64,000 nucleotides of DNA from a virus (lineage: Duplodnaviria; Caudoviricetes). The translations under genes were made by a program, and so were the position numbers. The stretch spans positions 1 through 64,000 of IMG/VR virus record IMGVR_UViG_3300045594_000116; one strand, given 5' to 3'. The stretch's first letter is position 1. Every line of letters begins with the position of its first letter. This document shows positions 49,482-59,355 of this stretch, piece after piece. The notes beneath the pieces were generated by a model that was given only the letters and a program-made list of their open reading frames with translations, was not told where the DNA came from and ran no database searches.

Positions 49482-50168
49482 TCAACCAATGAGCTTGCGA
49501 TAATCCTGCATCATGCCTATATTAAGGACATTGCTAACTACCACCATTGGCTTCTTGTATTGTTCTTTGTTGAATCCTGGGCTTGTGGTTGCTCTTAGTA
49601 ACGTATCTCTGGTTAGATTATCGATGCAATCATTCCAATACGTTATCTCTCTGATTATATCCTCGCCTACCACAGTCCCATTGTCCTTCTCAAAGTCCTC
49701 CATCATGATCCTCATATCTCTTACATTATCAGGATTCATGTGACCTCTTTGATGAAAGATGTTGAGATGAGTTCTGGCATTGCAGATCAAACCTACAATA
49801 GCAGAAAAGATCTCCTGGTTGGCTACCAGTTGGCCAGATGAATTATGCATCATCCTAGTTGAGGGATCTGTATCCCTAATCCAACTGTATATCCATGCTG
49901 TGAGTCCAGATACACTGATCTTACTGTCTGAGAATAGATTCAAGAAGGCATCATATCCAGCCACTCTTATAAGTGCATCTACTCCCATATAGATTGCCAA
50001 GATCTCTCCATAGTTATTCGTTGAATCAGCTATGATCTTGACTTTCTTGTCTATTACATTACCTTCATATGTAAGGATGTAACCTGACCCTGTAACAACT
50101 GTTCCATCTGCCAGTTTGGTTAAACTAGCATCGCAATAGCAATTCACTGCGTTGAAAAAGCTCAACAC
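49482..50168 (-). CDS. rnhA: Ribonuclease HI
   Basis: YCDAS, TNNYGEILAI, SDS, N.E, HQRGH, N..D; early-like promoter at 50191-50199. Confidence 0.9.
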   Translation of the reverse strand: MLSFFNAVNCYCDASLTKLADGTVVTGSGYILTYEGNVIDKKVKIIADSTNNYGEILAIYMGVDALIRVAGYDAFLNLFSDSKISVSGLTAWIYSWIRDTDPSTRMMHNSSGQLVANQEIFSAIVGLICNARTHLNIFHQRGHMNPDNVRDMRIMMEDFEKDNGTVVGEDIIREITYWNDCIDNLTRDTLLRATTSPGFNKEQYKKPMVVVSNVLNIGMMQDYRKLIG

Positions 50169-50294
50169 ATAGATCGCCTCCTTTCACTGTTATAATATAT
50201 GACTATTTATCATATTATTGGCTTCATTGCTGTAGGAGGCCTAAAAGACACGGAAACCCCAGATGGCGCAATGCCATCCGGGATCATAGAAAAA

Positions 50295-50795
50295 TTACCG
50301 TGCAGGCTGGAGAATGCAACGAATACCCTGCTTCTGCAGAACATCGTATGCACGCTCGATCATAGCAACTGCTTCGCATTTCTTCGATTTAAGTTTCTTG
50401 TTATCAGTCTTAGATGCTTCTTTAGCATCCTCGATAGCCTCATCACAAGACTTCTCATCGATCAATACAGCAAATTTACCAGCTTCAAGTTTGAAGTTGT
50501 CGGTGCTATTTGCCTCAGCGATGTCAGTAATGGCTTCTTTGAAGTCATGAACTCCCATCTCCTGCATATAGTCACAGAGCTGGCCGAGTTCAACAAAGTA
50601 GCAATCAAGGCGCTTACAGTCGCGAACTATAACAGCCTCAGCCATATGCTTGAGCTCACCCTTCTTCAATGGTTCCATAGAAGACAAAATATTTGTCAAT
50701 TTCATCTTCCCAATCTCTGCATTGAGATTTTCATAGCAATGATTGTTATCATTCTTTGCCATCTCAAGCAGACACTCTATACCTGTTCTAATCAT
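50295..50795 (-). CDS. Hypothetical late protein (166 aa)
   Basis: AGGAGG RBS; AACA-N6-TA at 50841-50852. Confidence 0.75.
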   Translation of the reverse strand: MIRTGIECLLEMAKNDNNHCYENLNAEIGKMKLTNILSSMEPLKKGELKHMAEAVIVRDCKRLDCYFVELGQLCDYMQEMGVHDFKEAITDIAEANSTDNFKLEAGKFAVLIDEKSCDEAIEDAKEASKTDNKKLKSKKCEAVAMIERAYDVLQKQGIRCILQPAR

Positions 50796-50902
50796 GGTAT
50801 ATACCTCCTGTTTTTTTAATCAACCCCATATGGGTAGGTTTACCTTTATGTTCACCAAGGGGTTTAAAAGAAAAAAAGAACCCGAGGGTTCTTTTACTCT
50901 AA

Positions 50903-51025
50903 TTACCACAGAATGAAAACGTGGCGCTCAAACCAATTTCTGAGCTTCTCCACCATCCAGGGTCTTTCTTTCGGTAGCGTGATACGTCCAGTTGGTTTCT
51001 TGAATCTTTCTACTACAATTCTCAT
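50903..51025 (-). CDS. Small basic protein (40 aa) MRIVVERFKK...
   Basis: Hand-translated; AGGAGG RBS; early-like promoter at 51067-51075; hairpin downstream. Confidence 0.6.
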   Translation of the reverse strand: MRIVVERFKKPTGRITLPKERPWMVEKLRNWFERHVFILW

Positions 51026-51092
51026 TCTTATTCCTCCTAGAAAACTTATTTATTCACTATCATAGCTATAATATATAATTGAGCTAAGCTAG

Positions 51093-51824
51093 TTATACAT
51101 TTTCTGGTTTGGCATTATTTAGACGATCAAGATTGCTCTTAATGTATGCAAGAACATCATCCATATTGCTAGGCATTCCTGCAAGAGATGCATCGATCGT
51201 AAGAATATGAGGAGCAATAAGAGCTCTAACCGAATCAATATCGAATGTCTCTGAAAGCTTCTCGATCTTTTCTATAGTACAAAGAGTCTCAGGATCAATA
51301 AATGGTTTATACATTTCTAAGAACTTTTTGTACTGTCCAAATACTATTGTAGATGGAACGAACAGATACTGATTATGAACCAGATCATGTATCATCTCAC
51401 ATAATGGAACCAATCCAACCCATTTCTGATAATGAATATAAATAACTTCTTTAGCGACCATTTCGATAGAAAGGTCTTCTCTCATAGCAGCTCTCTTATT
51501 GTATACAGCTAATACAATATCATAGAGAGTGAATGGCTCATGATGTATCTCTATACGAATTTTGAATGATTCAGCATTCGTTACATTTGGAAGATATGCG
51601 CAGTGATCCATTCCTGCATTCTCCCTAAGGTAGTTGATACATCTTTGATACTCTATAGAACTACGTATTTCACGCTCTACATCTTTGATATACATCTTGA
51701 AATCTTTTGGATCATTTAGATCATAATCTTCCCTTGTATAATTAGGGATAGAATTGATGCTCATTTGGTTTTTAGCAGTTGTATCGTAATGACCTTTGTT
51801 AAGGTTGTTAGGATCTCTAGCCAT
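51093..51824 (-). CDS. HNH-like nuclease-fold protein, paralog of 40613-41332
   Basis: CAYL..IEIHH..TLYDI..H...VPLCEMIHDLVH; GACA-N6-TA at 51839-51850. Confidence 0.7.
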   Translation of the reverse strand: MARDPNNLNKGHYDTTAKNQMSINSIPNYTREDYDLNDPKDFKMYIKDVEREIRSSIEYQRCINYLRENAGMDHCAYLPNVTNAESFKIRIEIHHEPFTLYDIVLAVYNKRAAMREDLSIEMVAKEVIYIHYQKWVGLVPLCEMIHDLVHNQYLFVPSTIVFGQYKKFLEMYKPFIDPETLCTIEKIEKLSETFDIDSVRALIAPHILTIDASLAGMPSNMDDVLAYIKSNLDRLNNAKPENV

Positions 51825-51907
51825 TATAATCACCTCTTTAATCGTATGTCAAAAGGCACAATAAGACTCTAGGATCATAGACCCTAGAGTTTATTGAATA
51901 TGATTAT

Positions 51908-52450
51908 TTACTTTTCAGCCGTGATCTTTTCGACCTTCGGTACGCTCTTCTCGTAGACCTTGGCTTCAGTGATGACGTCAGCCTTTTTCGGAGCTACCTC
52001 CTTGGTTTCGTTGATGACCTCGAGCTTCTCTGGAGCCGTCTTTTTTGGAGCTGCTTCCTTAGCGCGATATTTCATAATAGTCCAGCCGTTCTCTTCAAGT
52101 TTCTTGAAATTAGCCAGGTGATTACGACCGTCGCGAAGAGAGATGCGGAACGAATAATGAACCTTACCCTTCTTATTGCGATTGATCTTCCATCCAAAAG
52201 AGCAGAAGCCGCTCGTCTTGAATCCTACTTCATAAGCCGAAATGCTGAAAGCAGGAACAGTAGGAAATTCCGGATTCTGAATAGACGGATAGTGGCGTTT
52301 AACCTCATCCATCATACTGTAAACAACGTCTTTTTCTACGTTAGATTCCCCGAGGATACCGCTTACGAAAGGAATCATCTTACGAAGCTCAATGATACCG
52401 TCTTCAAAAGTATCGAATTCTTTAATATAGTTACTCATGTTCATGGCCAT
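51908..52450 (-). CDS. Hypothetical protein (180 aa) with K/E/A-rich tail
   Basis: GGGAGAG RBS; terminator-like hairpin downstream. Confidence 0.8.
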   Translation of the reverse strand: MAMNMSNYIKEFDTFEDGIIELRKMIPFVSGILGESNVEKDVVYSMMDEVKRHYPSIQNPEFPTVPAFSISAYEVGFKTSGFCSFGWKINRNKKGKVHYSFRISLRDGRNHLANFKKLEENGWTIMKYRAKEAAPKKTAPEKLEVINETKEVAPKKADVITEAKVYEKSVPKVEKITAEK

Positions 52451-52511
52451 TAGTAATCTCTCCCTTATGTTTTAGATAGTCACATTTTAGTATTCTGATG
52501 TAATATCAGAA

Positions 52512-53873
52512 TTATTTATTTACATATTCCACTTCTTCTTTGACAGATATCACTTCATCGATTTCACTGTCAAGCTTCTGAAGATCTTTCTCCATATCTT
52601 TATATCTAGGACGTTCTTCATCCTCGATAAGAGACTTCATGGAATTCATAGAGAATAAGGCTGTAGTTTCAGTATGCTGGGCAAGAAGCTGCTCAAGTTC
52701 TCTAGTCATGACCTGTACTTCTGGCTGTGCTGCTTTATTATCCCGCTCTTTGATAAAGTGGATAAGATCTGCAAAGGTGAATGTCATAAGAACCTTAGTA
52801 GCTACGTTAAACGGAAGATATGCACGAGCATCCTGCTTAAGCATCCCCTGTTGAACAAGCTGTCCGTATACCATTGCTAATTCGTTACCAAGCTCTTCTC
52901 CAGTCTTAGAAACTTCTTTGTCGAAAAGCGTGATAAGATAATGCTTCTTAAGATCATAATCTCCAAATGGTAATGGAGAAATGAACTGAGATTTAGAATA
53001 ATCTACATATCTCTGACTCTCCTGAGAGATACCAGCAAAATGCCTGGTAATCTGTTGGGAAGTGGATCTCGAGAAGTCATGGAAGAAAATCGTACATGCT
53101 GTTACACGAAGGACATCGGTCATATCAAATCCGAATCCTTTTACAAAATCGAATATGGTATATGGATTATCTGAATGGATAATATCCACATACTTACCTT
53201 TTGTCTGAGGCTGCATATACACTCCTGTATCTACAGCTACCTCTTCGTCATAAGCATCCCCGTTTTCATCGAACTTATGCTCATACTGCCCTTTAATTCC
53301 AGATAATGGAGCAAATCCAAACTTATCTGCTACCATGATTCCATCATCAATAAAGTCCTCAAAGAATTCTCTTTCAGCAGCACCGTACAGAGAATTTATG
53401 ATCTTGATACAGAATGGGTTAGACAGATCTCTCACATGGCGAATGAAATACTTATAAGCTCTAATAGAGCCACCGATCAAAAGATAGTTTCTTCCGTCAT
53501 GAATACGATCTGAAATGTTCAGGAATTTGAATGCATCTGAGCACTGAGCAAAATCAGAAAGATATGTATTATCATATGAAATCATCATGACAATATTACT
53601 CTGAGCAATAGTAGATTCATGCCCTCTGCCTACTACCCTCTTGATATGCTCAAGGCGTTTTTCATAATTTTCATCAGCATGTTTACCAATACATACTCGT
53701 GCGGCTTCAGCACAAGTATATGAAGCATTAGAGAAAGAAATGAGCTGTGAGGCCATAAAACGGTTAGTGCCTACCTCTTTATCCTCCTCCTCGAGTAAAC
53801 GCGCTTCTTTGTCAAACTTGCCTTCTGGTTGGTGCCTGAATAAGCCTTTCAGCCACGTAAAAATCTTAACCAT
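52512..53873 (-). CDS. thyX: FAD-dependent thymidylate synthase, extended/duplicated form
   Basis: AARVC, GHES, SR...QITRH....SQESQRY, DARAYLP, ER...AQPE. Confidence 0.9.
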   Translation of the reverse strand: MVKIFTWLKGLFRHQPEGKFDKEARLLEEEDKEVGTNRFMASQLISFSNASYTCAEAARVCIGKHADENYEKRLEHIKRVVGRGHESTIAQSNIVMMISYDNTYLSDFAQCSDAFKFLNISDRIHDGRNYLLIGGSIRAYKYFIRHVRDLSNPFCIKIINSLYGAAEREFFEDFIDDGIMVADKFGFAPLSGIKGQYEHKFDENGDAYDEEVAVDTGVYMQPQTKGKYVDIIHSDNPYTIFDFVKGFGFDMTDVLRVTACTIFFHDFSRSTSQQITRHFAGISQESQRYVDYSKSQFISPLPFGDYDLKKHYLITLFDKEVSKTGEELGNELAMVYGQLVQQGMLKQDARAYLPFNVATKVLMTFTFADLIHFIKERDNKAAQPEVQVMTRELEQLLAQHTETTALFSMNSMKSLIEDEERPRYKDMEKDLQKLDSEIDEVISVKEEVEYVNK

Positions 53874-53891
53874 CTATCCTATCGTCTCCTT

Positions 53892-54446
53892 TTAGTTTCG
53901 TAGTTTACCAAGCTTAAGGCTAACTACCTTGCTTGGAAATAGGAATTCAACTTCTTGCGTAGTAATTTTAAAATTCCTTACAAGAAATTCATAATCCAAA
54001 TCCTTACACTGAAGATTAGAATCTTTATTGAGCATGAAGCTTAAATGCTTCAAGGCTCTTTTACCTTTCTTAGAAAGCTTTACACACCCATCTGCAAGAT
54101 CAAAATACTTAGGGTGGAGATCCATAGACTGAACCCAATTGGCAAAGAAACTTTTCTGCAATTTAGAAACAGTAATACCTTTATTATTATCATTCCAAAA
54201 TTTCAAATGCATGTAGGAGATGCTCAATCTTCTGTAGTACCAAAAGAGTTCTTCTCCTCTTTTAGTAAGCTCTCCATGGCTTATCAACCCAGTTCTCCAT
54301 AAACGTTCAAACTTCTGATCTACCATCTTTACTGGAAAGATAGTATGAAGAATTGTCATAGATTCTTGAGCGCCTCTGTGCGATATAAGGTTCAGCAAAC
54401 CAACCCAGTTGATGTCTTTTGCCTGTAATCGAAAGTTACTGCTCAT
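53892..54446 (-). CDS. Hypothetical protein (184 aa), possibly tandem winged-helix
   Basis: GLI...LTKRG and KLSKKG motifs; ATGA overlap. Confidence 0.7.
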   Translation of the reverse strand: MSSNFRLQAKDINWVGLLNLISHRGAQESMTILHTIFPVKMVDQKFERLWRTGLISHGELTKRGEELFWYYRRLSISYMHLKFWNDNNKGITVSKLQKSFFANWVQSMDLHPKYFDLADGCVKLSKKGKRALKHLSFMLNKDSNLQCKDLDYEFLVRNFKITTQEVEFLFPSKVVSLKLGKLRN

Positions 54447-54952
54447 CTTCTGTATTCTCCTCCACCTACATCTGCCCAGTGATGATCATGCGGATTCTCT
54501 CTGTAATAGTAGTTAGCACGTTCTCTTTTAGTTTCTGAATTCAGAAACTTAGTATTGCCATAACTATCGATATCAACTACTGTCAATCCAGCAGCGATAC
54601 AACGATCAACAAGTTCACCAGCAATATCAGAAACATTGTTATCTCTGAATACAATAACCTTATATGGTTCTGTATGGATAAGATCTCCGATAGCTCTAGA
54701 GATGAATCTCTTATCAGTATCAGGTTTGAATCTGATATTACGGAGATTAGCTAATGGAACTTTATATTCCTTAGCATAATTGAATACATGCCAGTCTAAT
54801 CTCTCTACAATTCCAAAGATAAACTGTCTGTTAGAATTATCTCTAACAGTCTCGAATATCTTATCCATTGCAAGCTGTAATCCTGACGACGTATTGAATG
54901 AAGGATCTGAAATGATAATGATAGGATGGACAAATCTTGTCTTATCTTCCAT
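54443..54952 (-). CDS. Hypothetical protein (169 aa)
   Basis: GGGAGG RBS; operon context. Confidence 0.75.
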   Translation of the reverse strand: MEDKTRFVHPIIIISDPSFNTSSGLQLAMDKIFETVRDNSNRQFIFGIVERLDWHVFNYAKEYKVPLANLRNIRFKPDTDKRFISRAIGDLIHTEPYKVIVFRDNNVSDIAGELVDRCIAAGLTVVDIDSYGNTKFLNSETKRERANYYYRENPHDHHWADVGGGEYRR

Positions 54953-54954
54953 TG

Positions 54955-55707
54955 TTATTTCCTCCCTTTTCTAAACTCTTCATAAGCATCAATAACTTCT
55001 TTAGCTACATCTGCTCTTTCTTTTACATCATACCCATTCTCGACTGCAGCTGTATTAAATGATACAGTGATATTCACTTGCTTTACTTCTTTAGCCGGAT
55101 AGCAGAGGTGTGCGAAATCAAAGGCGTCAAATTCCTCTTTTACGTACATCAGATACTTTAGATCAGATTCGTGAATATCATTCTGAGAATGCTTAGCAGT
55201 AACTTTGTCTTTAATGGCATTACTAGAGCTAATCATCTTGTATACCAGATCAGGCGTTGGAAGTTCAAATGCATAAGCAAGTTTGCTTATTTCATTAGGC
55301 AATTCAGAATGAATGATACCATTCGCATAGAACGGAGAATCTTCATCGTCAGATGCATTTTCTTTCATCCATCCAAGACGATAATAGAGATTGGAAAACC
55401 AATATCTATCCATGATGAGAATTCCACCATTGTCTAAATGCCTCTGCCCGATCTTTTTCATATAGTCGAACATATCAACCATATAAAGACTGCTGATAGC
55501 ATTACTGGTAAGATCTTCCTGAACACCATATCTACCAGAAAGATACTCAGTTACAAAATATGATGCCTTACTCTGATAACGTGGGAATGATACAAGTTTT
55601 ACATCATGCCCATATTTCTGCTCGATGTGATTTAATAAAACTTTACTGTTCGTTTCTTTAAAGGAGCAATCAAGCCCCTCAAATACGATAAGTTGTCCTT
55701 TACGCAT
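54955..55707 (-). CDS. tmk: Thymidylate (dTMP) kinase-like protein
   Basis: LIVFEGLDCSFKET, SFPRY, DRYWFS, PDL, DIHE; start MRKGQ after AGGAGG; TACA-N6-TA at 55731-55742. Confidence 0.85.
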   Translation of the reverse strand: MRKGQLIVFEGLDCSFKETNSKVLLNHIEQKYGHDVKLVSFPRYQSKASYFVTEYLSGRYGVQEDLTSNAISSLYMVDMFDYMKKIGQRHLDNGGILIMDRYWFSNLYYRLGWMKENASDDEDSPFYANGIIHSELPNEISKLAYAFELPTPDLVYKMISSSNAIKDKVTAKHSQNDIHESDLKYLMYVKEEFDAFDFAHLCYPAKEVKQVNITVSFNTAAVENGYDVKERADVAKEVIDAYEEFRKGRK

Positions 55708-56049
55708 ATTCTTATTACCTCCTATTGGTTTACTTAATTGTAACGCGTATAATAATTTTGCACAGATAACCCCTATCCAATTAAGGATAGGGGTTAAACT
55801 GTGTAAGATAGCATAATTCATTTAGGGTGGGATGTTTGCACCGTCTCGAACTCAATCGATTATAAGCGGTACTTCTAAAAAGTTATCTACGTTTGCTAAC
55901 GCTAGTCATCATGAATTTCAAATATTTGATCTGGTATGTGCATTATCGGGATCAATCGAAATCCGGAAAGTCAGGTGATTCACAAGAGATAACTAGAGCT
56001 ATGATAATAGCTCTATAAAAAATAAATCAGCGTGCGCTGATTGAAAGAC

Positions 56050-56364
56050 ATAAAGAAGCCGGCCGGCGCCAATATGGCCGGCCTCTTATATAATCCGAGT
56101 TTTAGATTCGAAGATCTCGGAACTTCATTTAGCCGCACACAGCAGCCTTTTGTCGGCAAGTACGCCGACTGATCGGCTACGATCACTCGTAGCCCGTACA
56201 TAATACCACCCGAATCATCACGAGTGGGATTTTGAATCATACAGCGCCGATTTCCCGCTATCAATGCCTAGTACCTTAGGGTGGCTTCATGGACGGATCA
56301 ATTTCCAAAGCACACAAACCGTATGATAACTATTGGCTATGCGGATGCGGATCTTTGTATGATT
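56050..56364 (-). ncRNA. Candidate ~310-nt structured non-coding RNA
   Basis: AACA-N6-TA promoter at 56364-56375; GC-rich relative to the genome; several stems; GCCGGCC/GGCCGGC hairpin plus U-rich end; no RBS-supported ORF. Confidence 0.55.
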
Positions 56365-56402
56365 ACATCTATGTTTGATACAAATTATTTTTTACAAAAG
56401 TT

Positions 56403-56431
56403 ATCCCTCTACCAGCCGAAGGTAGAGGGAT
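56403..56431. terminator. Terminator-like hairpin
   Basis: atccctctacc-agccgaa-ggtagagggat. Confidence 0.65.
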
Positions 56432-56546
56432 GTTGTGAAGGAATACTTGCAAAGACTGAACTTTCATATCATATTTCCGAAACAGTAATAGACAAGAATT
56501 GAGCCGATTCTTTTCTATTACATATATGTCAGTATCATATATATTT

Positions 56547-57356
56547 TTACAAATCCGACATCGTGGTTGTTTCGCATTCTCCGATAAAGATATCATTAGT
56601 TCCATCATCGTTAGGCTGACGTTCTATGGTTGATTTATCAGAGAACTGAATCTCATATCTATAATCGTCAATATCATACATGAATATCTCAGTTGCTGGA
56701 GCTACGAATGGTTTAGTACCATCGTCTTTCGGCAGAATAACTTTGCTCAATAACTCCAAGAAGTCTTCTATATCTTTTGGAGTATTCAGCATATTGTCAC
56801 GGAACCGTACAGCGATAATATCTTCTCTGTTTAAATCACCATGCTTCATGATAGCAGATACTGCATCAAGATCTGTACGAATTACAACAGAGTCATTCGT
56901 TTCTACTCGACTCTCTTTAATGAAGTCTTCCATATCTTTAGATATAGAACCATCGATATTCTCGAGATAGCATCCCTGATGCCATTGAATGAATGCAGAT
57001 GCAATCTTCATTCTAGGCCCAATTCCATATTTCTTGATATCTGTAGTGGTTACTTCTTTAACAGCTTTCTTGTAGATCAATCCTGTACAAGAATCATCCG
57101 GTTCTCTGCTTAATACTTCTCCATTTGGTATGATGGTATAGATATTACAAGCCGGTATCGAATTGTCGTTGTCCATATCTTCCAGTATATGAGATGTAAT
57201 AAGAACGTATGTCGGAATGATCTGATCTTCCAATGAATCTTTATGGCATTCTATTGCATACAACAGCTCTGCAAGATTCTTAGAGATAGTCCTTCCCGAT
57301 AAAGGGCACTTGTCGTTAGTCTGCCCAGATGTATATACGTATATATTGATTACCAT
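56547..57356 (-). CDS. Hypothetical protein (269 aa)
   Basis: Long ORF, GGGGGA RBS. Confidence 0.75.
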   Translation of the reverse strand: MVINIYVYTSGQTNDKCPLSGRTISKNLAELLYAIECHKDSLEDQIIPTYVLITSHILEDMDNDNSIPACNIYTIIPNGEVLSREPDDSCTGLIYKKAVKEVTTTDIKKYGIGPRMKIASAFIQWHQGCYLENIDGSISKDMEDFIKESRVETNDSVVIRTDLDAVSAIMKHGDLNREDIIAVRFRDNMLNTPKDIEDFLELLSKVILPKDDGTKPFVAPATEIFMYDIDDYRYEIQFSDKSTIERQPNDDGTNDIFIGECETTTMSDL

Positions 57357-57381
57357 TTTCTATTCCCCCGTTTAATTATAT

Positions 57382-57927
57382 TTATCCCCAAATCTTCTTG
57401 GTTACTTTGTCTACTAGTCTATACGTATCTGGATGAAAGATATGCGTATAGTATTGCTGGTTCTTTTCGAACCATGCTCTAGGAGATCCAAATGCAGCCC
57501 AGTCGCACAGCATCTCTGCGATATCAAGTTTAGGCATTGCTAAGTAAGTAATCTTAGCGTATGCTTCTGTCTTACCATCTACTTCATGAGTGCTATCGTC
57601 TATCAACGTCCAGTATTCTGGATGGTGGCTATTGGTATTCTGGTGATGTAACCATGCTCTTGCATAAAGAGCATCAGCCTCGTCTTTATCCTCACCTGGT
57701 TTAGGATCGAAATGCTTACGGTATCCAATGAACTCCTCTTCGCTGTACTTGCTCTTGTCATGAGCAATTACTCTGTGAAACAGATCATCGTTAAGATCTG
57801 GTGCACCGAGTTCTTTAAGAATCTGAGTACCGTACTTCTTGAATGCTTGAGATACCTTCTGGATATGTGAGTCTGTATAATCAAGCATCTTTTTATCTTT
57901 GGATTCGAATTTAATCTTTTCAGCCAT
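57382..57927 (-). CDS. HD-superfamily protein (DUF5662-like)
   Basis: H...HDKSK..EEF..AWLHH...N.HHPEYW..MP..EM.CDW; GACA-N6-TA at 57960-57971. Confidence 0.8.
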   Translation of the reverse strand: MAEKIKFESKDKKMLDYTDSHIQKVSQAFKKYGTQILKELGAPDLNDDLFHRVIAHDKSKYSEEEFIGYRKHFDPKPGEDKDEADALYARAWLHHQNTNSHHPEYWTLIDDSTHEVDGKTEAYAKITYLAMPKLDIAEMLCDWAAFGSPRAWFEKNQQYYTHIFHPDTYRLVDKVTKKIWG

Positions 57928-58231
57928 TGTGCTTATCCTCCTATAGAATTACTTTAGTTTACTTAGGTGTCATCTGTTAAGTAACAAATAGATTTCTATA
58001 TAGGATATGAAGAGAGCTAGCGTACCTAGTGAGAATCCTATAGGAGATATGGTATTTATGCGTGACACGTACCTCGATCGTCAATGTATTATGAATAGAC
58101 TTACTTTGACTACATATACAGGTATAAGTAAGATATGTATCTAGTTATTTGAAATATATTAGATAGGTAGATTATATATCAAATTAACAAAAAATATAAA
58201 ATTATTATGTAAAAAAATATATTATGATAAC

Positions 58232-58280
58232 TATATAATAGGGGGCTGCGAATAAGTAATAAAGCAGCCCCCTAATATAA
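58232..58280. repeat. Strong inverted repeat inside an AT-rich tract
   Basis: tagggggctgc ... gcagcccccta with flanking tata arms. Confidence 0.8.
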
Positions 58281-58460
58281 AGATATGATAAAATACTTAT
58301 TTTAGATAACAATATTTTTATATATCTTTTATTAACCTGAAATACAATTTAGTTATCCAACATACTTCCAATATCTAAATAGGTATGTTAGTTTTACTTG
58401 CATACGCAGTTAAGTAAATCCATTGATAAAACATTAACGAAATAGCAATTCATCATCTTA

Positions 58461-59320
58461 AAATACATGATAACTCCTAAGTGAGTTATCATGATTACTT
58501 GTGTCAAATATCCTAAATCTCTTATATCAAACTTTAAGTCTATAAAGAAAGTAGACTAGATACAAGAGAAAATAGTAATTCTAAATGTAAAAAATTAAAA
58601 CTTACACGACAGATAGATAGGGGGAGCATATACAACCAGCAGCAAACAACCCGCACTCTGTTTCTATTTCCAGGATAAAGAAGCGTAAATACATGATAAC
58701 TCAGTAGGAGTTATCATATCTCTTGTGTCAAATATCCTAAATCTCTTATATCAAACTTTAAGTCTATAAGAGTAAGTAATCTGGAATAGTAAGAGAAAAT
58801 ATAAAAAATTAAAAGTTACAGTACAAATAGATATTGGGGAGATGGATAGACACCAGGTAGCAACAACAGCCGCAGCCAATTATCCAACCTAGGAGAGGGT
58901 ATCGAGATATAGGAGAAGAAATGATAAGATATGATGATAACTCATAGTGAGTTATCATCTATCATATTTCTCTTATATCAAACTTTAAGTCTATAAAGAA
59001 AGTAGACTAGATACAAGAGAGAAATACCAATCCTAAATGTAAAAAATTAAAACTTACACGACAGATAGATAGGGGGAAGCATATAGAGCCAGCAGCAAAC
59101 AACCCGCACTCCGTTTTCAATCCAGGATAAAGAAGAACCAAATACACGATAACTCCTAAGTGAGTTATCGTATCTCTTTTGTCCTAAATCTCTTATATCA
59201 AACTTTAAGTCTATAAGAAGTAAGATATCCTGATATAAGAAAAAATGTAAAAAATTAAAACTTACACGACAGATAGATATGGGGGAGGCATATACAACCA
59301 GCAGCAAACAACCCGTGTCC
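58461..59320. repeat. Four imperfect tandem repeats (~180-245 bp) with conserved hairpins; candidate replication origin
   Basis: Units start near 58461, 58687, 58931 and 59140. Each has GATAACTC-N5/6-GAGTTATC, TCTCTTATATCAAACTTTAAGTCTATAA and AAAAAATTAAAA..TTACA..AGATA.GGGG. Confidence 0.9.
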
Positions 59321-59355
59321 AAATATTTTTTTTTGTAAAGAAGGATGATATCCAG

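Noticed and set aside
55708-55821. N-terminal extension of the dTMP kinase ORF
   Set aside because: Contains a hairpin, a late promoter and the RBS for the start at 55707
55800-56520. tRNA, tmRNA, RNase P or group II intron
   Set aside because: No cloverleaf or CCA end, no GAGGAAAGUCC/P4 pair, and the GTGCG at 56032 lacks a recognisable domain V
58461-59320. CRISPR array
   Set aside because: Units are ~200 bp and the sequences between conserved blocks are homologous to each other, not unique spacers; no cas genes in the window
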